Assembly (NCBI GenBank): GCA_964548975.1
Contig: CAZJTS010000001.1
Location: forward strand, 1 to 35,600
Direction of reading: 5' to 3'
From: an uncultured Fastidiosipila sp.
GTDB taxonomy: Bacteria > Bacillota > Clostridia > Saccharofermentanales > Fastidiosipilaceae
DNA: 35,600 nucleotides
In this document: piece by piece, positions 8,544 to 16,541 of the stretch
How positions within the stretch are numbered: position 1 is the first letter of the stretch
How the letters are laid out: every line of letters starts with the position of its first letter
The notes under the pieces: generated by a model
Seen by the model: the letters and a program-made list of their open reading frames with translations, nothing else
Told to the model about the DNA's origin: nothing
The model's database searches: none
Program-made: the position numbers and the translations under genes

Positions 8544-9002
8544 ATGGAGCGCATACAAAAGTATCTGAATAGGGTTTATCGAGCGGCGGTTTTGGATCGC
8601 TCGGCTGCCTTTGCCAAGGAGGGACTTCCGGGCTGGCAGGTGAGTTATATCCTGCAGACGTGTCGGACGCCCGGTCTGACCCAGGATGAGCTTGCGACAA
8701 GGCTTTATGTGAACAAAAGCTCGGTGACGAGGCAGGTAGCTCAGATGATTGCGGAGGGTTTTCTCACTCGCGAAACGGATCCGGCGGATCGGCGCTGTAA
8801 GAGGCTTTTCCCGACGGCAAAGGCGGAGGCGCTCTACCCCAGGGTGATCGCCTATCTGGAGGACTGGAATGAGGCGTTGACCTCGGAGCTCGAGCCCGCA
8901 GATCAGGAGCGTTTGGTGGTTTTGCTCCGGCATTTGGCCAAAACCGCGACCGCCCGCGTAAACCAAAAGGATCTGGCGAGCCTGCTGGATGATATAGATT
9001 GA
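8544..9002 (+). CDS. MarR-family transcriptional regulator
   Basis: It has a winged-helix core, LTQDELATRLYVNKSSVTRQVAQMIAEGFLTRETDPADRRCKRLFPTAKAE. It sits immediately upstream of the ABC exporter pair, with only a 9-nt gap. Confidence 0.9.
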   Translation: MERIQKYLNRVYRAAVLDRSAAFAKEGLPGWQVSYILQTCRTPGLTQDELATRLYVNKSSVTRQVAQMIAEGFLTRETDPADRRCKRLFPTAKAEALYPRVIAYLEDWNEALTSELEPADQERLVVLLRHLAKTATARVNQKDLASLLDDID

Positions 9003-9011
9003 GGTAATAAG

Positions 9012-10775
9012 GTGACAGTTGGAAAATATGCATCGCCCCATATAGGCCGCATCTCAGGCAACGCGTTGGTCAAGATGACTGCAACGTTGTTGGAGGTTGT
9101 GTTGCCGGCGATTTTGGCCCATATCGTTGATCAAGTGGTGCCAATACGCGATCGGAACCTGATCATCTACTGGGGCATCCTGATGATCGTTTGTTCCGTT
9201 GCAGCCTGGGTTGGTAACGTCGTTGCCAACCGGATGGCAGCTCGAACGGCCTCGACGGTGATTCAGACGATGCGATCGAACCTGTTTGCGAGGGCGATGC
9301 AACTGTCGGCCAAGCAGATTGATAAGCTGACGATCTCATCGCTGGAATCCAGGCTTACTACCGATACCTATAACATGCACCGTTTCTTCGGGGCGACCCT
9401 GAGGATGGGGATCAGGTCGGTGATGCTGTTCATCGGTGGTGTGTTCTTTTGTTTCTGGTTGAGCTGGGAGCTCGCCTTGATTCTGCTACTCCTGGTGCCG
9501 CCGCTCTTCATGGCCATTCGCCTTATTCTGCGTAAAGGGCTGCCGCTTTTCCGAGAAGTGCATCGTTTGGCGGACGAAATGGTCCAGGTGATTCGCGAAA
9601 ATATTCAGGGCATAAAGGTGTCTAAAGCGCTTGATAAGACTGAGTACGAGCAGCAGCGTTTCGCGGAGAGTAATGATCGGGTAAAGAACGGTGAAATTGC
9701 CGCGAATTATCAGATGGCGAAGATGCGGCCGGTGGTCGATTCTATTCTCTACTCCGGGCTCGCGATCGTCCTGATCATCGGCGGGACCATGGCTCAGCAG
9801 GGTCAGGTGCAAGCCGGTACGATCATGGCGTTTATGTCCTATTTTATTCAGATTACGATGTCGCTTCTGGGCATGAACCGCATGTTCAACATTTACAACC
9901 GTGCCTCCGCCTCTTCTCAGCGGATCGAAGAAGTTCTGACCATGCCGATCGATCACAGCCAGGTCGTCAATCCCAGAGATGAAGTCGCCCTGCCGGAGAG
10001 CAGGGCGGATGTGCCCGAGGTGGAGTTCAGGGATGTCAGTTTCAGTTATGTGGGTAAGGCACAGAATGTGGCCGATATCTCCTTCTCGCTTTTTCCCGGC
10101 GAAACCCTGGGCATTATGGGCCCGACCGGCTCGGGTAAGAGCACCCTGATCAGGCTCCTCCACCGCCAGTACGACCCGACGAGCGGCAGTATCTACGTGC
10201 GCGGTGAGGATATCCGAAACCTGAACGACTCAGCACTACATACATTATTCGGTACGGTCTTTCAGAACGATTTCCTCTTCGGCGATACGGTGAGGAGCAA
10301 CATTGATTTTGGCCGTGGGCTGAGCGACGAACAGCTGCAGGCTGCGACCGAGAATGCTCAGGCGCAGGAATTCCTGGACGAGAAAGAAGGTGGCCTGGAC
10401 TTCAAACTGGCGTCTAAGGGCGTTAACCTGTCGGGCGGCCAAAAACAGCGGCTGTTGCTGAGCCGGGCTTTGGCCGGGGCACCGGACATCCTCATTCTCG
10501 ACGATTCTTCTTCAGCGCTAGATTTCCGCACGGATGCCAGACTCAGGCAGGCGATAAAGGAAAACTTCTCGGGCACAACCACAATTATTGTCGCTCAGCG
10601 CATCAGTTCGATCCGTCACGCGGAGAAAATTCTCTTCATGGACGGCGGACAGATGCTGGCCTATGGAACACACGAAGACCTGATGGCGAGCTGTGCGCCC
10701 TATCGCGAAATTGCCGCGATGCAGATGGGTGAACTCTCTGAAGATGGTCAGCAAGATAGAAACGACGAGGCATAA
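9012..10775 (+). CDS. ABC exporter half-transporter (TMD-NBD fusion) whose NBD contributes the degenerate site
   Basis: The protein has a 6-TM exporter domain followed by an NBD. The NBD carries Walker A GPTGSGKST, signature LSGGQ, Walker B ILILDD followed by S (no catalytic Glu), and switch region IVAQR (Gln instead of His). The start is GTG 9012 with SD GAGG at 9002-9005. Confidence 0.9.
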   Translation: MTVGKYASPHIGRISGNALVKMTATLLEVVLPAILAHIVDQVVPIRDRNLIIYWGILMIVCSVAAWVGNVVANRMAARTASTVIQTMRSNLFARAMQLSAKQIDKLTISSLESRLTTDTYNMHRFFGATLRMGIRSVMLFIGGVFFCFWLSWELALILLLLVPPLFMAIRLILRKGLPLFREVHRLADEMVQVIRENIQGIKVSKALDKTEYEQQRFAESNDRVKNGEIAANYQMAKMRPVVDSILYSGLAIVLIIGGTMAQQGQVQAGTIMAFMSYFIQITMSLLGMNRMFNIYNRASASSQRIEEVLTMPIDHSQVVNPRDEVALPESRADVPEVEFRDVSFSYVGKAQNVADISFSLFPGETLGIMGPTGSGKSTLIRLLHRQYDPTSGSIYVRGEDIRNLNDSALHTLFGTVFQNDFLFGDTVRSNIDFGRGLSDEQLQAATENAQAQEFLDEKEGGLDFKLASKGVNLSGGQKQRLLLSRALAGAPDILILDDSSSALDFRTDARLRQAIKENFSGTTTIIVAQRISSIRHAEKILFMDGGQMLAYGTHEDLMASCAPYREIAAMQMGELSEDGQQDRNDEA

Positions 10776-10777
10776 AT

Positions 10778-12556
10778 ATGGCTGAAACTATGGTCGTAGA
10801 AGAAAAACGGGATAAACCCAAAGACTACCGCAAAGTGATTCGCGGTCTGCTCCGCTATGTCCAGAAGGAATGGCCTACCTTGCTGCTGGTCTTCATTCTG
10901 GTCATCCTATCCAATATCATCATGCTCTTCGGTCCCAGGTTCAGCGGTTGGGCCGTTGACGCGCTGGCCGGCGGGCCCGGCAATGTGCAGATGAATCTGG
11001 TGATTCGTAACGCGCTTCTGATGCTCGGCTGTTATGTTTCCGCCTCGTTCCTGAACTTTATCATGGCGAGGCTCGGCGTCCGGGCCTCTCAGAATGTCAT
11101 CAGGGAAATGCGCCAGGATACCTTCGATAAGATCGTGGAACTGCCGCTGTCTTATATCGATACGCATCAGGCGGGTGATCTGGTGTCGCGTATTTCCTAT
11201 GACCTTGAGGTGGTGAGTGAGTCTCTCACCCATGACGTCGTGCAGATTGCGGCCAGCTTCCTGATGGTGACCGGCTCGCTGATTATGATGCTGTCGATTT
11301 CGCCTGCTTTGACGATCATCTTCCTCCTGATGGTGCCCGCCACCACGCTGTTCACGAAGTACCGCATCGGCAAGACGCGCCCCCTCTTCTCGGCCCGCTC
11401 ACGCAAGCTCGGCGAGATGAATGGTTACGTCGAGGAGATTCTCTCCGGCCAAAAAACAATTCGTGCCTATGACAAAGAACAGTTCTTTGCGGGCGAGTTC
11501 GACGAGATCAACGAAGACAGTATCGGGGCATATTACAAGGCGGATTATCAGGCTGCACTGAACGGCCCTTCCGTCATGCTGATTTCGAACCTGTCGCTGG
11601 CTTTCGTGTCGCTTTTCGGCGCTCTCCTCTACCTGAACGGGAACTTCGCGCTGGGTAATCTCTCGGCTTTCATTCTCTACTCACGCCGTTTTTCCGGCCC
11701 CATCAATGAAATGGCGAATATCGTGGCGGAGCTCCAGTCCGCCGCCTCCGCCGCGGAACGTGTGTTCACGCTCCTGGAAAACCCCTCTGAGCCGGCGGAT
11801 AAAGAGGATGCGGTGGTCTTGAAGGATATCGAGGGCGAAGTCGAATTCCGTAATGTCGATTTCTCCTATATCCCCGGCGTGCCGGTCATCAAGGACATGA
11901 ACCTCAAAGCCCGGAAAGGCAGCCTTACCGCCATCGTCGGTCCCACCGGCGCCGGGAAAACTACGATCATCAATCTCCTGATGCGCTTCTACGATCCGGA
12001 TCAGGGGCAGATCCTGATCGACGGCCACGCAACGGTGGATGTGACGCGCAAGAGTTTGCGCCGCTCTTTTGCGATGGTGCTCCAGGACAGCTGGCTCTTC
12101 AATGGCACGGTCCGCGAGAACATCGCCTACGGGAAGCCGGAGGCGACTTTGGCCGAGATACGCCGGGCGGCGGAGGCCGCACACATTGCGGACTTCATCG
12201 ATCAGCAGCCGGAGGGCTACGATGCCGAGATCCGTGACGGAGCATCGAACCTCTCGCAAGGTCAGCGCCAGCTGATGACGATCGCCCGCGCCATGTTGCT
12301 CGACACCCCGATGCTGATCCTGGACGAAGCCACATCCAATGTCGACAGCCGCACGGAGATTCAGATTCAGGATGCCATGAACCGCCTGATCGAGGGCCGC
12401 ACGTCCTTCGTTATCGCCCACCGCCTGTCCACGATCCAGAATGCGGACCATATTCTGCTGGTGAAAGACGGCCGCATCAAGGAACAGGGCACGCACACGG
12501 AGCTCCTCGCCCAGGGCGGCGAATACTATGATCTCTATCACTCACAGTTCGCCTAG
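10778..12556 (+). CDS. ABC exporter half-transporter (TMD-NBD fusion) with a consensus catalytic NBD and a degenerate signature motif
   Basis: Walker A GPTGAGKTT, Walker B MLILDEAT (catalytic Glu present), switch VIAHRLST, signature LSQGQ (degenerate). It starts 2 nt after the stop of the preceding gene. Confidence 0.9.
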   Translation: MAETMVVEEKRDKPKDYRKVIRGLLRYVQKEWPTLLLVFILVILSNIIMLFGPRFSGWAVDALAGGPGNVQMNLVIRNALLMLGCYVSASFLNFIMARLGVRASQNVIREMRQDTFDKIVELPLSYIDTHQAGDLVSRISYDLEVVSESLTHDVVQIAASFLMVTGSLIMMLSISPALTIIFLLMVPATTLFTKYRIGKTRPLFSARSRKLGEMNGYVEEILSGQKTIRAYDKEQFFAGEFDEINEDSIGAYYKADYQAALNGPSVMLISNLSLAFVSLFGALLYLNGNFALGNLSAFILYSRRFSGPINEMANIVAELQSAASAAERVFTLLENPSEPADKEDAVVLKDIEGEVEFRNVDFSYIPGVPVIKDMNLKARKGSLTAIVGPTGAGKTTIINLLMRFYDPDQGQILIDGHATVDVTRKSLRRSFAMVLQDSWLFNGTVRENIAYGKPEATLAEIRRAAEAAHIADFIDQQPEGYDAEIRDGASNLSQGQRQLMTIARAMLLDTPMLILDEATSNVDSRTEIQIQDAMNRLIEGRTSFVIAHRLSTIQNADHILLVKDGRIKEQGTHTELLAQGGEYYDLYHSQFA

Positions 12557-12667
12557 AAATTGTAAAGAGAGCGGCTCCCCCCTTGATTTAACCTCTCTTT
12601 AACATTACATTAACAAAGGAAATAATCATCCCTATCGCGCAACGCTTAAAAACCTTTTGGGGGAAGC

Positions 12668-14533
12668 ATGGAATTTTTTAATGTATTGGCGCTAATCGGC
12701 GGCCTGGCGATGTTCTTATACGGAATGGACCTGATGGGCGAGAGCCTGACCGTCGTCTCCGGCAATCGACTCGCCAAGATCCTGGAGAATTTAACTTCCA
12801 ATCCGCTCAAGGCCGTCCTCCTGGGCGCGGGGGTGACTGCTGTCATCCAGTCCTCGTCCGGTACCACGGTCATGGTCGTCGGCCTCGTCAACTCCGGCAT
12901 TATGAAGCTGAAGCAGGCGATCGCGATCATTATGGGCGCCAATATCGGCACCACGATCACCGCCTGGATACTCAGTCTTGCCGGGATCGAGAGTTCCAAT
13001 TTCTTCGTTAAGATGCTCAAGCCTACGTCCTTCGCCCCTATCCTGGCGATCATCGGCGTAGGTATTCTTTTGTTCTCGTCGGTTGAGCGCAAGCAGGCGG
13101 TGGCCAAAATCATGCTCGGCTTCTCCATCCTCATGTTCGGTATGGACACGATGAGTAACGCCATGAAGCCGCTCGCCGCAATGCCCGAATTCCAGGAGCT
13201 CTTCCTGAAATTCTCCAATCCGCTGCTCGGTGTCGTCGCCGGCGCTGTCCTCACTGCCGTTATCCAGAGTTCTTCGGCTTCCGTCGGTATCCTGCAGGCG
13301 CTCTGTGCGACCGGGATTGTCGGCATGTCGGCCGCGATCCCGATTATCATGGGCCAAAACATCGGCACCTGTATCACCGCCGGCCTCTCCTCGATCGGTG
13401 CGAAACGTAACGCCAAACGCGCCGCCCTGGGTCACCTCTCCTTCAACCTTATCGGTACTATATTATTCATGCTGGTCTTTTATGTCGGCAATGCAATCTT
13501 CCGTTTTCCGATCATGCAGCAGACCGCCACACCCGTCATGATCGCGATCGCCCACAGCATCTTCAACATCGTCACCACCGCCATTCTTATCAACTTCACC
13601 GGCTCCATCGAACGTCTGGTCAGAACGATCATCCCCGAAACCGAGGAGGAACGCTCCGAGGAAGTCAATGTTCTGGCGCTCCTCGAAGACCGCTTGCTGG
13701 ATACACCCAGCATCGCCTTGGAGCAGAGCACTAAGCTCTCGCTCGAGATGTTTGATCTGGCCAAAGACACCGTCTACGATGCCCTGGACCTTCTCGAGGA
13801 CTATTCACCCCAGAAGGTCAAGCGGATCAAGCGCTATGAGAAACGCATCGACAAATATCAGGACGCCCTCAGCAGTTATCTCCTGAAAATCGGTATGGAG
13901 CAGCTCGCGGAAGAGGGCAATCAGAACCTGACCATCATCCTGAACAGCATCAACAATATGGAACGCATGTCGGATCACTCGCTCAACATGGCGGCGTCGC
14001 TCAAAGGCATGCACGAGGAGGGCTGGAATTTCTCTGAGCAGGCGCAGGAAGAGCTCAAGGTTTATGCCAGGGCTTTAAGAGAAATTCTTACGCTCACACT
14101 GGATGCATACACCTCCAGACGCCGCACGGATGCCGAGCTCGTCGAACCCCTGGAAGAAGTCATCGACCGCATGCATGAAGTCCTGAAACTCAGACATATC
14201 GAACGCCTCCGCAACGGTCAATGCACCGTAGATCTGGGTATCGTGCTCACGGATGTCACGACCTCCATGGAGCGCATCGCGGACCACTGTTCCAACATCG
14301 CGGTTGCCGTTATCGAAATCCAACACGGCGCCTACGATCCTCACAAGTATCTGAAAAAGCTTAAGAAACAGAGCAACGTTGAGTTTCAGACCATGTACGA
14401 CAACTACCTGACGCGCTACACTTTGCCCGGCGATGAGGCCTTCGACGACCTGGATCCGGCGATTGAACCGGAGATCCCGCGTCTCTTGGAAGAGCCCGGT
14501 ACCGCCGGCGGCACAATGCCCTTGCCGCGTTAG
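12668..14533 (+). CDS. Na+/phosphate cotransporter-family protein with C-terminal PhoU-like repeats
   Basis: Duplicated Na/Pi cotransporter repeats are present (LLGAGVTAVIQSSSGTTVMVVGLV and VAGAVLTAVIQSSSASVGILQAL). A soluble helical C-terminal half follows, with two PhoU-like segments (NNMERMSDHSLNMA, TSMERIADHCSNIA). Confidence 0.88.
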   Translation: MEFFNVLALIGGLAMFLYGMDLMGESLTVVSGNRLAKILENLTSNPLKAVLLGAGVTAVIQSSSGTTVMVVGLVNSGIMKLKQAIAIIMGANIGTTITAWILSLAGIESSNFFVKMLKPTSFAPILAIIGVGILLFSSVERKQAVAKIMLGFSILMFGMDTMSNAMKPLAAMPEFQELFLKFSNPLLGVVAGAVLTAVIQSSSASVGILQALCATGIVGMSAAIPIIMGQNIGTCITAGLSSIGAKRNAKRAALGHLSFNLIGTILFMLVFYVGNAIFRFPIMQQTATPVMIAIAHSIFNIVTTAILINFTGSIERLVRTIIPETEEERSEEVNVLALLEDRLLDTPSIALEQSTKLSLEMFDLAKDTVYDALDLLEDYSPQKVKRIKRYEKRIDKYQDALSSYLLKIGMEQLAEEGNQNLTIILNSINNMERMSDHSLNMAASLKGMHEEGWNFSEQAQEELKVYARALREILTLTLDAYTSRRRTDAELVEPLEEVIDRMHEVLKLRHIERLRNGQCTVDLGIVLTDVTTSMERIADHCSNIAVAVIEIQHGAYDPHKYLKKLKKQSNVEFQTMYDNYLTRYTLPGDEAFDDLDPAIEPEIPRLLEEPGTAGGTMPLPR

Positions 14534-16503
14534 CTGAAGTTACTGTCCTGATTGTGGAACGAACCGAATAAATCACTAAAAAACTCACCGGACCAGATAT
14601 AGCGGAAAATCTCCGGGATGAGCTTAATGCGCTCACCCAACGAGAGATCGGGATCCCCGGTCCAGGCGTCGGCCTCCTCGGTAGGCTCAGGCGCTGGCGT
14701 CTCGGTCGCCGGCGCAGTCGGTTCCGGCGGCGGCGTTGGCGCTGCTGTACCATATTCCGGCAGATCAATCGTCGGCCGGGAAGGCGCTCCGGATGGCGTT
14801 GATTCAGTCGGTAATGGCTCCGTCACCACCGGCGGTGTCGGTGTCGGGCTCGCTTCCTCAGGTGCGAGACGGAAAGGTGCCGTACTGAACAGGCGAATCG
14901 TATCCGCCACCTGCCCCACGGTCTCAGAGTCGAAAATATCCGGCAAATCCGCCGCCGCCAGGGCTTCGCGGAAGGGGTACTCATCCTCTCCGAACGTCGT
15001 CAGCTTGAGGTAGCGGTCCACCGCCCCCCGCCAATCCTCGCGCATCTCCGGCAGCAAAGTCCCCGCTGCCATCGCCGACAGACTGTAACTCAAATAGTAA
15101 AAAGGCGCGTGATACATGTGCCAGAACATCCACCCGGTCGGCTCAGACTGCCCCAATCCGTAGCTCTGGCTGAGTTCCGTATACTTCTCGTTCAGGTACT
15201 GAACCGTGACCCCGGGTGTCGTGTAGGCATAGATCTCGAATTCGTTATAGAGGGCGCCGGTTAGTATCGCCCAGACGAGTTCCAGGAGCTGCGACATCGT
15301 CTGTTGATTCGCGTTTTTGCCGTAGATAGCCTCCGCATATGGGGTAAAGAGGAGCTCCAAACCTTGCGAATGAATCTCGGCCAGATCCACATTCGTATGC
15401 CCGAAAAACGCATTATCCCTCTCACGCACTGCTGTATTGAAGTGGCCGAACTCATGAATCAGGGTATTCAGATTCTGACCCGGTCCATAGTTGTAACCGA
15501 AGATCAGGGCAGAGTTATAGAACGGTAGAAAGATGGTGTAAGAGACTTGCTCGTTTTTGGCCGAATCACCCAGGACATAGAGCTCGTTCTCCACCATGTA
15601 ATTGTAGCTGTCCAGAAGCTCGGAGGAGATGCTGCCGAGGTAACTGCCCATGATGCTGACGGCGTCCTGCCCACTCGGATAGGTATAGTTCTGGATGGTC
15701 TGCCAATTGACCCGCATGGCCAAAGCAAAGTACAGCGGAGCAACCCGCTCTTTCACGTCCTCATAGTAGGCCTCGAGATCGGCGTCGGTGAAGTCTCTGC
15801 CGTAAGTTTCCGCCTGATTCATCGCATGATAATCTGCGTAGTCATCTTCTCGGGCAAATTCATTCCGCTTCTCGATCAGTTCGAGGTAGATCTCGCCTTT
15901 ACGCTCTGTCTCGTCGTCGAGCTTGTCGAATTCCTGCTCCAGTAGGGAAATTTCTTCCTGAATCTCCCGCTGACGCGCGGTCAAGCCGGTGCTTTCCCGG
16001 AGATCCTCGGCAGCCGCTTCGCCGATGACCTGATCGAACACTTGCCCGTGCGGGCCCTGCTGAACGGTCTGCAGATTCTCCAGCATAAGCGTAAACACAT
16101 CCGACATCAGGGTTTTCGTATAAGTCATCTCAGCGGCAACGTCTTCGTCCGTAACATCCTGTGAATACTGGAACTGGATAAACGACGATAATGTGTAGAT
16201 GTAGTCATATTCCTTGAGGAGCACATCCAGTGCTGCCTGAATATTCTCCGCTTCAGGGTCCGCTTCAACCTCGTCCAGGAAAGTCTCGATGACCTCCTCG
16301 AAACGGGCGATGTCGTAATGCTCGTAGTCGAGGTCCTGAAGCGAAAATTCCGGCGCTGTCCAGTCTTCGTAGATATTCGTCGTCACCGTCGGATAGGCTT
16401 CGGTCTGCAGAGGCTCCGGCACATAAGACCGGCTCGCGGTAGCGCCCAGCGTGACGGTCACGGCCAGGCCGAGTGCCATTAATTTGTTCCGAATTGCTCT
16501 CAT
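14530..16503 (-). CDS. Exported M3-family zinc oligoendopeptidase with a Pro/Thr-rich C-terminal extension
   Basis: N-terminal signal-like sequence MRAIRNKLMALGLAVTVTLGATA. The zinc site HEFGH is followed by the third-ligand block NVDLAEIHSQGLE, as in thimet/PepF-type M3 enzymes. The C-terminal roughly 110 aa include a PT-rich stretch (SPTPTPPVVTEPLPTESTPSGAPS...PPPEPTAPATETPAPEPTEE). Confidence 0.75.
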   Translation of the reverse strand: MRAIRNKLMALGLAVTVTLGATASRSYVPEPLQTEAYPTVTTNIYEDWTAPEFSLQDLDYEHYDIARFEEVIETFLDEVEADPEAENIQAALDVLLKEYDYIYTLSSFIQFQYSQDVTDEDVAAEMTYTKTLMSDVFTLMLENLQTVQQGPHGQVFDQVIGEAAAEDLRESTGLTARQREIQEEISLLEQEFDKLDDETERKGEIYLELIEKRNEFAREDDYADYHAMNQAETYGRDFTDADLEAYYEDVKERVAPLYFALAMRVNWQTIQNYTYPSGQDAVSIMGSYLGSISSELLDSYNYMVENELYVLGDSAKNEQVSYTIFLPFYNSALIFGYNYGPGQNLNTLIHEFGHFNTAVRERDNAFFGHTNVDLAEIHSQGLELLFTPYAEAIYGKNANQQTMSQLLELVWAILTGALYNEFEIYAYTTPGVTVQYLNEKYTELSQSYGLGQSEPTGWMFWHMYHAPFYYLSYSLSAMAAGTLLPEMREDWRGAVDRYLKLTTFGEDEYPFREALAAADLPDIFDSETVGQVADTIRLFSTAPFRLAPEEASPTPTPPVVTEPLPTESTPSGAPSRPTIDLPEYGTAAPTPPPEPTAPATETPAPEPTEEADAWTGDPDLSLGERIKLIPEIFRYIWSGEFFSDLFGSFHNQDSNFS

Positions 16504-16541
16504 AGTCTATCTCCTAGGGGTCTTACCCCTATTGTAACGGA

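Noticed and set aside
7673-12556. tRNA-Arg as the attachment site of a genomic island (AT-rich spacer, small membrane protein, MarR, ABC exporter)
   Set aside because: There is no integrase, recombinase or transposase gene. I could not find a direct repeat of the tRNA 3' end downstream. Only the 220-bp spacer, not the genes, looks compositionally distinct.
12557-12667. Stem AAAGAGAG...CTCTCTTT after the ABC exporter operon as a terminator
   Set aside because: The stem is 8-9 bp, but the loop is about 21 nt and no T-tract follows. That is too weak to annotate as a terminator.
11681-13435. Minus-strand ORFs of 286, 256 and 214 aa
   Set aside because: They are antisense shadows of the second ABC exporter gene and the Na/Pi cotransporter gene. 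Both of those carry clear family motifs on the plus strand.
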